From Dehalococcoidia bacterium (GTDB lineage: Bacteria > Chloroflexota > Dehalococcoidia > Lucifugimonadales > UBA3495), in assembly GCA_965199995.1 (NCBI GenBank), contig OZ241328.1, positions 2,060,627 to 2,124,626 of the forward strand: a DNA stretch of 64,000 nt, written 5' to 3'. The position numbers and the translations under genes are program-made. This document shows positions 18,660 through 26,973 of the stretch, one piece after another. A model generated the notes under the pieces. It made no database searches. It was not told where the DNA came from and worked only from the letters and a program-made list of their open reading frames with translations. The first letter of the stretch is position 1, and every line of letters starts with the position of its first letter.

Positions 18660-19387
18660 AAGCCCATTCCGTCGGCTACACAATTCGAGGCAGGCCCCTG
18701 GTGAAAGACGTGAATCTGCAAGCCCGGCCCGGCGAACTGTCGGTAATCGTCGGCCCCAACGGCGCCGGCAAATCAACTCCCTGCGGGCTACTGGCCGGCG
18801 ACTTTCCACCCACAATGGGAGAGGTGGAAATTTGCGGCCGCTCAGCCAGAGGCATACCGCCCAGAGATCTGGCGAAAATGCGCTCAATGCTAAGCCAGCA
18901 TACGTTCTTGCGATTCCCTTTCACTGCTTGGGAGGTCGTCCTGATGGGGCGCCATCCCTACATTTCCCGCTGGAAATCACCCTCAGAAACCGATTATGTC
19001 TTGGCAGACGCCGCTATGCGCAGCGTGCAGGTTTCCCATCTGGCCGAGAGGATCTACTCAACCCTCCCGGGCGGCGAGTAACGGCGCGTATCCCTGGTGC
19101 GCGTTCTGGCTCAAGACACTCCCGTTGTTATTTTGGACGAACCCAGATTCCCCCTCGACATCGGTCATCAGCAGTTGGTGACGGCACTCTGCCGACAATT
19201 TGCCGACGAAGGCCACTGTATTCTGGCGGTGTTGCACGACCTAAACCTGGCCGGTTCTTATGCCGACCGCGTGATGGTGATGTCGGAAGGCGAAGTAGTA
19301 GCCGAGGGAAGCCCGGACTATGCTCTCCGCCCTGAGCGGCTTTCCGCCGTGTTCCATCAGGAAGTCGTCGTTATTCCCCAGCCCTAG
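18656..19387 (+). pseudogene. ABC transporter ATP-binding subunit (HmuV/FecE-like) with an in-frame TAA
   Basis: Walker A GPNGAGKST, then LPGGE followed by TAA (19079-19081) where family members have Gln. The same frame continues RRVSLVRVLAQDTPVVILDEP...LHDLN. TTGA start/stop overlap with the permease. Confidence 0.8.
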
Positions 19388-19617
19388 ACTAACCGGCCCG
19401 TCATTCTCGCCTCCCACGCGGGCGCCCCAAAGCACCCAGTATCCGTACAGCGCCTTTTGCCCTCTCAAATCGGGGCCATTGGCTGAAAGACGGAACCGCC
19501 ACCCGCGGGAAGCAGCCGTTTGGATACGCCGAACATCTGTGGTACAGTTTTTCCGCACGGCGGCGCAGCTACGGCTGCCTTTGACGGGACGTGAATTGAA
19601 AGCCAGGAGGCCGAAAT

Positions 19618-20514
19618 ATGGCCGAAAAAATCGGTTTCGTAGGTTTGGGCATCATGGGCAGGCCCATGGCCCGCAATCTGCTCAAAGCCGGGTATGAACT
19701 GACCGTATACGACATCGTGGGCGAGGCGGTGGAGGAAGTCGCCGGCGACGGAGCTACCCCCGCGTCTTCCAGCAGGGAAGTCGCCGAAGCTACCGACAAA
19801 ATTATCACCATGCTGCCCGACTCCGCCGACTCCGAGAGGGCCATCCTCGGCCCCGACGGCGTGCTGGAGGGCGCCTCGGCGGGCAAGACCATCATAGACA
19901 TGAGCTCCATCGCCCCCCTGGTCTCTCAGCGCATCGCCGCCGAGTGCGCCGGCAAGGGCGTGGAGATGCTGGACGCCCCGGTGAGCGGCGGCGAACCCGG
20001 CGCCATCAATGCCACCCTCGCCATTATGGTCGGCGGCAAGCAGGAGATTTTCGACCAGAACTACGGCCTGCTCAAGACCATGGGCAGCAACGTCGTGCTG
20101 ACAGGCGATGTAGGCGCTGGCGGCGTCACCAAGCTGGCTAACCAGATTATCGTAGCCGCCAACATCGAAGCTCTAGCCGAAGCCCTAGTCTTAGCCACCA
20201 AGGCCGGCGTTGACCCGGAGAAAGTGTTCAACGCTATTCGCGGGGGCCTCGCCGGCAGCAATGTAATGGAAGCCAAAGCCCCCATGATGCTGTCCCGCAA
20301 CTTCCGCGCCGGTTTCCGTATCCGCCTGCACCAGAAAGACCTTCGCAATGTGCTGCAAACGGGCCAGGAGCTTAACGTCCCGCTGCCCGTAACCGCCCTC
20401 CTGCAACAAATGCTCGGCGCATTGGTCAACGAAGGCGAACAGGAAGCCGACCACTCGGCCCTGCTGAAATTCGTTGAGGGTCTAGCCGGTGTCGAAGTCA
20501 AGGCCGCGGGCTAG
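19618..20514 (+). CDS. NAD(P)-dependent 3-hydroxyisobutyrate / 2-hydroxy-3-oxopropionate reductase family dehydrogenase
   Basis: 298 aa. IGFVGLGIMGRPMARNL, DAPVSGG, KLANQ motifs. Confidence 0.85.
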   Translation: MAEKIGFVGLGIMGRPMARNLLKAGYELTVYDIVGEAVEEVAGDGATPASSSREVAEATDKIITMLPDSADSERAILGPDGVLEGASAGKTIIDMSSIAPLVSQRIAAECAGKGVEMLDAPVSGGEPGAINATLAIMVGGKQEIFDQNYGLLKTMGSNVVLTGDVGAGGVTKLANQIIVAANIEALAEALVLATKAGVDPEKVFNAIRGGLAGSNVMEAKAPMMLSRNFRAGFRIRLHQKDLRNVLQTGQELNVPLPVTALLQQMLGALVNEGEQEADHSALLKFVEGLAGVEVKAAG

Positions 20515-20567
20515 GGAAGCCCGGGGCACTCACAAAGCCGTCCCGGTTCAATCTCCCCGGATACACT

Positions 20568-20592
20568 CGTCATTCCCACGAAAGCGGGAACT
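20568..20592 (+). repeat. Hairpin repeat element copy with one stem mismatch
   Basis: CGTCATTCCCACGAAAGCGGGAACT lies between convergent genes. Confidence 0.8.
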
Positions 20593-21415
20593 AATCCAAT
20601 TCCTTGAAGCGGGCGTCCCTCCAGTTGAGGGCCGCCCTTAGGCCTTCCTCTGCCGCGACCGCGTTAAACTCTTCCTGTTCCGGGCTGGTGCTGGTGTCGA
20701 AGATGGTCATTAGCTCCAGATTTTGCGAAACGGCGTTGAGAAAGCCCATATTCTCCAAAGCCCGGTTCACGGCCACTTTAGTCAGCTTGATGCCGAGCTG
20801 CGACATCAGGCACATCTTGCGGGCCACCCGCTCACATTCCGCCATCAACTGGTCGTGGGGAACCACCCGGCTCACCAGGCCGATCCGCGCCGCCTCGTAG
20901 GCGTCCACGGTATCGCCGGTAAGCAACAGTTCCTTTGCCGCCGCGAGGTTCACGCTATAGGGCGTGATAAGCAGCGGCGGTCCAAAACCGGCCCGAATCT
21001 CCGGCTCCCCCAGCACAGCCCGGTCCGAAGCAATTTTCACATCGCACACCTGCACCAGCTCGCAGGCCCCGCCCAAAGCATACCCGTTCACTGCCGCAAT
21101 AACGGGCTTGGGCAGGTTCCAAACCTTCATAAATGTGTCTATCAGTTCCTGAAGATGCCCCCGCCACTGGTCAACGCTGCCGTCGCGGGGACTGGGGGAA
21201 CCCGGGTCCGGGTTGATGTCGAATCCAGCGGAAAAAGCCCGGCCCGCGCCGGTAATGATGGCTACGCGAACATCCGGGTCGGCCTCCACTACGGCCAGCG
21301 CATCCTGCAAGTCCGCAATCAGACCCGCATTCAGGGCGTTAAGCTTGTCCGGCCGGTTGAGCGTGATATAGGCAATAGCCTCCCGGCGTTCGTAAATAAT
21401 GTTATCCAATGCCAC
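20591..21415 (-). CDS. Enoyl-CoA hydratase/isomerase (crotonase) family
   Basis: 274 aa. ITLNRPDKLNA, ITGAGRAFSAGFD, AAVNGYALGGACEL. Confidence 0.85.
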   Translation of the reverse strand: MALDNIIYERREAIAYITLNRPDKLNALNAGLIADLQDALAVVEADPDVRVAIITGAGRAFSAGFDINPDPGSPSPRDGSVDQWRGHLQELIDTFMKVWNLPKPVIAAVNGYALGGACELVQVCDVKIASDRAVLGEPEIRAGFGPPLLITPYSVNLAAAKELLLTGDTVDAYEAARIGLVSRVVPHDQLMAECERVARKMCLMSQLGIKLTKVAVNRALENMGFLNAVSQNLELMTIFDTSTSPEQEEFNAVAAEEGLRAALNWRDARFKELD

Positions 21416-21457
21416 TAACAGTACTCCTGATAGGCTCTGCCCGAATTGATGCCCCTA

Positions 21458-22201
21458 TTAGCGGGGCGTCTTGGTAATGTCTATCCGTTCAATAACCACC
21501 CTCTGAAGCGGGGCATCCTGGGAATTGGTGTCCACGCGGGAAATTGCGTTCACCACCCCCAGCCCTTCGGTAACTTCCCCGAAGATTGTATGGTTGCCAG
21601 TAAGCCAGTCCGTTGCCGCCACCGTAATGAAGAACTGGCTGCCGTTCGTTCCAGGCCCGGCATTAGCCATTGCCAGCTTGCCGGGCGCGTCAAAGACCAG
21701 CCCAGGAACGATTTCGTCTTGGAACACATATCCCGGGCCTCCCCCGCCGGTGCCGGTGGGGTCGCCCCCTTGGATCATAAACCCTTCGATGACCCGGTGG
21801 AAAATCAGCCCGTCATAGAAGCCCTGCTGAGCCAGATATACGAAGTTATTGACCGTTACCGGGGTCTGATTTGCAAACAACTTCACGGTGAAGTTACCCT
21901 GATTGGTGCGAATGTTGGCTACGTAATCCGACCCCGTGTCCAGACTCACCGGCGGAAGCCCAGAGGAAGACGTCTGCGCGCCTGTAATACTAGACGTTAC
22001 CGCCGGGGTGTACACCGGCGTCGCCGCCGCCGCCATAGTAGCGCTCGCCGTAGGGTTGGCCGTCACCGCCGCCGTTGCCGCCGGCTCGACTTCCTCTTCT
22101 TCGGTTTCGGGCGCTTGCAGCACACAACCCATCGAGGCAAGCAGGGCTACAATTATCGCAACTATCACGGGAATTCTCATAACATACGCATCCGAGGCCA
22201 T
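21458..22201 (-). CDS. Cyclophilin-type peptidyl-prolyl isomerase, probable lipoprotein
   Basis: FHRVIEGFMIQGGDP and GKLAMANAGPGTNGSQFFIT. The N-terminus carries a LASMGC lipobox. The start may be the internal Met (MRIPVIV). Confidence 0.85.
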   Translation of the reverse strand: MASDAYVMRIPVIVAIIVALLASMGCVLQAPETEEEEVEPAATAAVTANPTASATMAAAATPVYTPAVTSSITGAQTSSSGLPPVSLDTGSDYVANIRTNQGNFTVKLFANQTPVTVNNFVYLAQQGFYDGLIFHRVIEGFMIQGGDPTGTGGGGPGYVFQDEIVPGLVFDAPGKLAMANAGPGTNGSQFFITVAATDWLTGNHTIFGEVTEGLGVVNAISRVDTNSQDAPLQRVVIERIDITKTPR

Positions 22202-22291
22202 CAGTGTTTGGGGCTATTCTGTTTCGCCTTTCTATTTCGCCAACAATCTTGGCGGCATCAGGATAGCCGGGCCAGAAACCGGCTTCGAAAC

Positions 22292-22600
22292 TCAGGGTTC
22301 GGCCCGAATACGCTGCTGAAAACCAAAGACCATCCCCACGGTATATCCTTGACCAGCAATGGATCCAAGCCCGAGACCGTACTTCGTTTTAACCATCCGC
22401 ACCGTGCGCCCGCTGTCTATCAGGTCATCCACCGATACAGCAACGCAGGCAGCCTCGTCTCCTCAGACCACCGCCGCAGATATGAATACCATGCCCCGAA
22501 AGGCAACGCCATGCTCAGCGCGATGCAAGGAGGGAAGCGTTCTCCGCCCCAACCACGGCCCGCCGCCGAAACTACCGCTCCCTAACCGTACCCCTAGGGA
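22292..22600 (-). pseudogene. Possible relic of a phosphoribosyltransferase gene
   Basis: The minus strand reads ...GVAFRGMVFISAAVV*GDEAACVAVSVDDLIDSGRTVRMVKTKYG...*, a PRPP-binding-loop-like VDDLIDSGRT preceded by an in-frame TGA. No start codon or intact ORF in a 500-bp gap. Confidence 0.35.
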
Positions 22601-22702
22601 CTGCCGAAAGACAGGAACCGGCCCGGTTTTCTGCCGCCCAAGAATATAACAGAGAAAAGCCCGCTAACACAAAAGCGGCCCTCTCGAAAATTCACCGGAG
22701 TT

Positions 22703-24139
22703 TCAAAAATCCCAATCGTCCCTACCCGTCGAATAATCATCTTCGGCCCGGCGGTTGCGGCGCAGACGGGTATAAACAAAGCGAAAGCCGATGACGGAGA
22801 CGGCCAGAAGGGCCACCCCGGCCAGAATCCAAACGTCAAAGAATACGAAGGGCGACGGCTCGTCCCGCCGCTCCTGGGGGGGCGCCGAAGGCAGAGGCGA
22901 CGGGGGCGCGGTCGCAGCGGGCGCGACCGGCGCCAAGCCTCCGTTCTCCGCCGTCGCCCTGGGCTGCGGGGCTGAAGCGGCTGCATCTGCGGCTGCGTCC
23001 GGCTCCGACAACCTTGGGGCGTCCGGCGGCGCTAGGGTAGCTGCCGGTTCCACCGGCAACCCAGCCCAGCGGCCTTCCAGACCGTACACGTCGAAACCGT
23101 ACACGGTTAGAAGAGCATCCTCCATCGTCCACCCGGCTCTCAGCTCCCCTAGCATCCTGCGGAAGCTGTCCTCACCGTAATTCTCGATGAGGTAAGCCAC
23201 GACGCTCACCGATTTTTGATAGAAAAGCGGGATGGTGTCGGGAGTGCCGGATATGCGATTCATCCCCCTCAGCGGAGGCGTCCTGCCGTACAGATAGCCG
23301 CTGCCGCGAATCCGGACGTTGGGCTCGCTGTAAGTCGCGAATCCCTCATTCAGCCAAGCCGGCACGTCGATAGCTCGATCTCCCAAAGCGTCCTCAAACA
23401 GAATGTGCGTGGACTCGTGAACAATAATGCGGCGATCCAGCCCTTGCCCCACAAACACCCTCTGCTCCGGAAAGGCGAAACCGGCGAAAGTTCCCTGATC
23501 CGTAGTAGTTTGACTCTGCACTGGGAAAACGGCGTTGGCATCGGCGTAGCTGTTATAAATAACTCCCTTGAAGTCCTGGCTCGGTTTATGCTGCAACAGG
23601 TCCACCACCCGCTGCAAATCGCGCTCAAGCTCCCGGGCGGCGTCGGCAATCCGGCCATCGTCAATGGCGTGATACACCAGTTCCAGCGGGCCGATATTCA
23701 CCCGCCGCCACTCGAACCGGTTATCCAGATATTCCACCGTGGAGCGCTCGGTCTCGAGAAACCCGCCGTCCGCGTCCCGAATCCGGTAAAAATACTCCAC
23801 GTCCACCCCCGGGGCTAGATACCCCGCCTCGCCTACGGGAATGGAGCGCCTGGCTACTACACGGGAACCCGGCTCAAAATCGGCATAGGCATAACCCCAA
23901 CTCCGGGAACTGGCCGCCCGGAAAAACACCGTCACTTCCACAATGTCCGCATCCGATTCCGCCGTCAGCGTGAGTTCAACGCCCTCGGGAAAATTCACTT
24001 CCTCCTCAATCTGCAATACCTCAATCGCTCCCCCGGCGGCATAGACCCCAACCGGGGCCAGAGCCATCCCCCCAGCCAGCAAAAGGACGGTCACCACGAG
24101 CGACCCTAACGCCGGACCCATCGGCTTGATCACCGGCAA
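22703..24139 (-). CDS. Membrane-anchored MA-clan zinc metallopeptidase (peptidase_MA_2-like)
   Basis: 478 aa. N-terminal signal/anchor, HESTH (HExxH) at IIVHESTHILFED, Ala/Pro-rich linker and C-terminal TM helix. TTG start after GGAGAGGAG. Confidence 0.6.
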   Translation of the reverse strand: MPVIKPMGPALGSLVVTVLLLAGGMALAPVGVYAAGGAIEVLQIEEEVNFPEGVELTLTAESDADIVEVTVFFRAASSRSWGYAYADFEPGSRVVARRSIPVGEAGYLAPGVDVEYFYRIRDADGGFLETERSTVEYLDNRFEWRRVNIGPLELVYHAIDDGRIADAARELERDLQRVVDLLQHKPSQDFKGVIYNSYADANAVFPVQSQTTTDQGTFAGFAFPEQRVFVGQGLDRRIIVHESTHILFEDALGDRAIDVPAWLNEGFATYSEPNVRIRGSGYLYGRTPPLRGMNRISGTPDTIPLFYQKSVSVVAYLIENYGEDSFRRMLGELRAGWTMEDALLTVYGFDVYGLEGRWAGLPVEPAATLAPPDAPRLSEPDAAADAAASAPQPRATAENGGLAPVAPAATAPPSPLPSAPPQERRDEPSPFVFFDVWILAGVALLAVSVIGFRFVYTRLRRNRRAEDDYSTGRDDWDF

Positions 24140-24181
24140 CTAATCTCCTCTCCCCAACTGTTGCTGCCGATTATACGTCAG

Positions 24182-24264
24182 CCCCCTGCAAGACGGACTT
24201 ATCCTGCTCGGCATACATGGCTACTGCAATGGGCGGGCCAACCCCCTGCAAGACGGACTTATCG
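24182..24264. repeat. Two exact 22-bp direct repeats (CCCCCTGCAAGACGGACTTATC) exactly 60 bp apart
   Basis: Copies at 24182-24203 and 24242-24263, in the gap between the ada-ogt stop and the peptidase start. CGTCAG flanks the outer side of each copy. Confidence 0.9.
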
Positions 24265-25467
24265 TCAGTCCTTCGACGGCGGCGTTCCGCCTGTCCGGTC
24301 AGAGGGGTCATTTGCGCCATGGCGGCGGGCCTCCTGCCCGCGGCGTTCCATCTCCAGCAGGGCTTCCTTCCGGTGCAGTCCCCAGCGGTATCCCGCCAGA
24401 CCCCCATCCTTCCGCACCGCGCGATGGCAAGGAACGATAGGAGCTACTGGATTCGTGGCGCAGGCCCTCCCCACGGCGCGGCTCGCGGTCGGGTGATCCA
24501 GCTCTTCGGCTAACTGCTGGTACGTCCTGGTCTCCCCTGGGGGTATCGCCTGGAGCATTCTCCATACCCGCCCCTGGAATGCGGTGGCAATCACGTCCAG
24601 TGGAAGGTCTATATTCCCGCGAAGTCCTTCCAGGTACTCCAGAATGATACCGGTCCAGTCCGCTATTCCGGCGGATTCGTTATCTCCGTGCTCGACGCGG
24701 CGTAGTTCCGCCGCCGGAAACTCTTCCCTCAATTCGGCGTAAAGGGCATCCCCGTCATCCCCCAGCTTTACTGCGCATACGCCGCTGGCGGTACCGGCCG
24801 CCAGCAGCCCGCCCAGCGCCGAATCCGCGACGATATACCGAATCACTGCCCCCGCGCCTCCTTTGCGGTAACTGGCCGGCGTCATTCCCAGTTGCTCCGT
24901 AGCACTTTCGTAAACCCGGCCGGAAGAGCCATACCCGGCCTCATAGGCGGCCGACGCCACATTCCCGCCCTCCCGCAACAACGCCTTAAAGCGCTCCAGC
25001 CGTCTCGCCCGCGCATACTGAGCTGGGGTAATTCCCGTTTCCTCCCGGAAAATCCGCCGCAGCCGCGCATCGGAAACTCCCGCCGCCTCAGAGACTTCCG
25101 CGAGCGACGGCAGGGCGTCGTTCGCCTCGATGTAGCCCTCAATGTACGCCGAAACCCGCCGTATCAGTTCCCCATTCCCGGCGGGACGGTCCGGGACGCA
25201 GCGGCGGCACGCGCGATAGCCCTCGCTCCGGGCCTCTTCCGGCGCCGGGAAAAAGACCGCCTGCGCCTGACTAGGGCGCCGACTGGGACAGGTAGGCCGA
25301 CAGTAGATGCCGGTGGAACGCACGGCATAGACGAAGCGGCCGTTGAAACTGGCATCCCGCCGCAACACCGCCTCCCATAACTGCTGCTGGTCCGGCAAGG
25401 AAAGCTCCGCCGTGGTCATTTCCCAAACCTCCATTGTGATGCGCTTTACCGCGAGACCGGGCGTCAC
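24265..25467 (-). CDS. ada: Bifunctional Ada-type regulator (Zn methylphosphotriester acceptor + AraC HTH) fused to O6-methylguanine-DNA methyltransferase
   Basis: GIYCRPTCPSRRP Cys cluster, AraC-like helix-turn-helix, C-terminal IVPCHRAV active site. GTGA overlap with the upstream thioesterase gene. Confidence 0.8.
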   Translation of the reverse strand: MTPGLAVKRITMEVWEMTTAELSLPDQQQLWEAVLRRDASFNGRFVYAVRSTGIYCRPTCPSRRPSQAQAVFFPAPEEARSEGYRACRRCVPDRPAGNGELIRRVSAYIEGYIEANDALPSLAEVSEAAGVSDARLRRIFREETGITPAQYARARRLERFKALLREGGNVASAAYEAGYGSSGRVYESATEQLGMTPASYRKGGAGAVIRYIVADSALGGLLAAGTASGVCAVKLGDDGDALYAELREEFPAAELRRVEHGDNESAGIADWTGIILEYLEGLRGNIDLPLDVIATAFQGRVWRMLQAIPPGETRTYQQLAEELDHPTASRAVGRACATNPVAPIVPCHRAVRKDGGLAGYRWGLHRKEALLEMERRGQEARRHGANDPSDRTGGTPPSKD

Positions 25468-25928
25468 CGCCCAGCCGTCGGCGGACGGACAAAGTGAGTC
25501 GAATTAACCAGCGCCAGCAGCCGGCCATTGCCGTCGGAAACGCGGGTGGCCGCGGCCATCAGCGTGCGCCCGGGATGGGGAATCGTGGCCTCCGCAACCA
25601 GCAGCCCCTCTTGGATGTTGCCCACTATCTGGCTGGAGATATAGACGGCCACCGGCAACTGCTCTGGCTCCAGTTCCCCCCGGTAAGCCGCCATCGAAGC
25701 GATGGTTGCCGCGGTGTCGGCCAGCGAGAGCATCACCCCGGCATGAATATAGTGATGCGGCGTGTACAGGCCGGGATGCACCGGCAACTCCACCACCGCC
25801 CGCTCCGGCCCGGCTTCCAGTACCTGCATCTGCAAATGGTTCATCAACGTTTCTTCGCCATATTGCTCATTGAGCCACTCCGCCAGTTCCTGGGGCGAAA
25901 GGCCCTTGGGCCATCTTTGTTCAAACAT
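25464..25928 (-). CDS. PaaI-family hotdog thioesterase
   Basis: 154 aa. HAGVMLSLADTAA motif. Confidence 0.7.
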   Translation of the reverse strand: MFEQRWPKGLSPQELAEWLNEQYGEETLMNHLQMQVLEAGPERAVVELPVHPGLYTPHHYIHAGVMLSLADTAATIASMAAYRGELEPEQLPVAVYISSQIVGNIQEGLLVAEATIPHPGRTLMAAATRVSDGNGRLLALVNSTHFVRPPTAGR

Positions 25929-26169
25929 CCTTCCAACCCAAACCGTGAAATTTCCCTCGCCGCCCCAGATTATCCGATGCAGTTCGGCAATTCTATCCGG
26001 TTTTGGCTGTCAAACTTCCTCGTCCTTCCGGCGCGGTTTAATACCCGTCCTTTCCACAAAAGCGGGAAAGCTCTCGAATCAGGGGTAGCAGGACATATCC
26101 GCCCTTGTGTTTCGTACAAATGTTCTTTATAATCCAACCCGCAATGCTCTCAATCCCTTTCGATTTCCA

Positions 26170-26886
26170 ATGACCGATTCCACCATCGCCTGCCTGCTGG
26201 TTACTCGCCTGCCGGTCAAAGCCGAGCGACAGCGATACCCGGCCCTTCGCCGCCGTCCTCTAGTGATAACCGAGAGCTGCGGCCCAGACCCTATCGTGCT
26301 GGACAGTTCCCAGGAAACCCGTGGCGTAACGCCCGGAATGTCCGTACCGCAGGCCCTGGCCCGCTGCCCGGAGGCCATCGTACTGACCGCCGATCCGCAG
26401 CTCTACGCCGAAGTGTCCCAGAGGATGGCCGCCGCCCTAGCTCAGCGCTGCCCGGTGGTGGACGAGGGCGAGCCGGGCTGCGTTTACGCCGGACTGGAGG
26501 GCATCGCGCCCGGCTACGGCGGCGAAGCGCGGCTGATTGCCTCCCTGTTTCAGATTCTCCCGCCCGTTTTCGAACTGCGCATAGGCATAGCCTCCGCCAG
26601 GTTCCCAGCATACGTTTCTGCCGCGTCATCCCCGCCGGGCCGGGTCATCAAAGCTCCTCCCGCCGCCTCAGGCTTCCTAAGCAGCCGCTCTGTCCAACTG
26701 CTCCCCATATCCCCGGAGGGCAAGGCGCGCCTACATCGCGCCGGCATCCATACCCTCGGCCATCTAGCCGCCCTGACTCTCGGCCAAGCCCAGGCCCATC
26801 TAGGGCCCGAGGGCCGCCCGGCCTGGGAATTAACCCACGGCATAGACCCTCTTGCTAACACTGTCCTTTCTCGGACGGCCGCCTGA
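26170..26886 (+). CDS. Short Y-family polymerase-like protein (ImuB-like, no obvious catalytic acidic N-terminal motif)
   Basis: IACLLVTRLPVKAE...RRPLVI...GVTPGMSVPQALARCPEAIVLTADPQLY...RIGIASARFPAYVSA. Only about 238 aa, versus roughly 400-500 aa for ImuB/DinB. Confidence 0.45.
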   Translation: MTDSTIACLLVTRLPVKAERQRYPALRRRPLVITESCGPDPIVLDSSQETRGVTPGMSVPQALARCPEAIVLTADPQLYAEVSQRMAAALAQRCPVVDEGEPGCVYAGLEGIAPGYGGEARLIASLFQILPPVFELRIGIASARFPAYVSAASSPPGRVIKAPPAASGFLSSRSVQLLPISPEGKARLHRAGIHTLGHLAALTLGQAQAHLGPEGRPAWELTHGIDPLANTVLSRTAA

Positions 26887-26973
26887 TTCCCTGGCGTTAA
26901 TGCTAAAATAAAGCATCAACGAATATATCACCATCGTCGGTATTCCTTGCCCCGGCGAAGTCAGGAGGCCGCT

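Noticed and set aside
19079-19081. Stop-codon recoding or readthrough in the ABC ATPase
   Set aside because: The codon is TAA, not UGA/UAG with recoding signals. The adjacent permease is grossly decayed and the ATPase signature motifs are degenerate, so a pseudogene is the parsimonious reading.
20530-20570. tRNA-like T-arm (CCCGGTTCAATCTCCCCGG)
   Set aside because: The flanking sequence does not fold into acceptor, D or anticodon arms, and the putative T-stem is not complementary. No tRNA is supported anywhere in the window.
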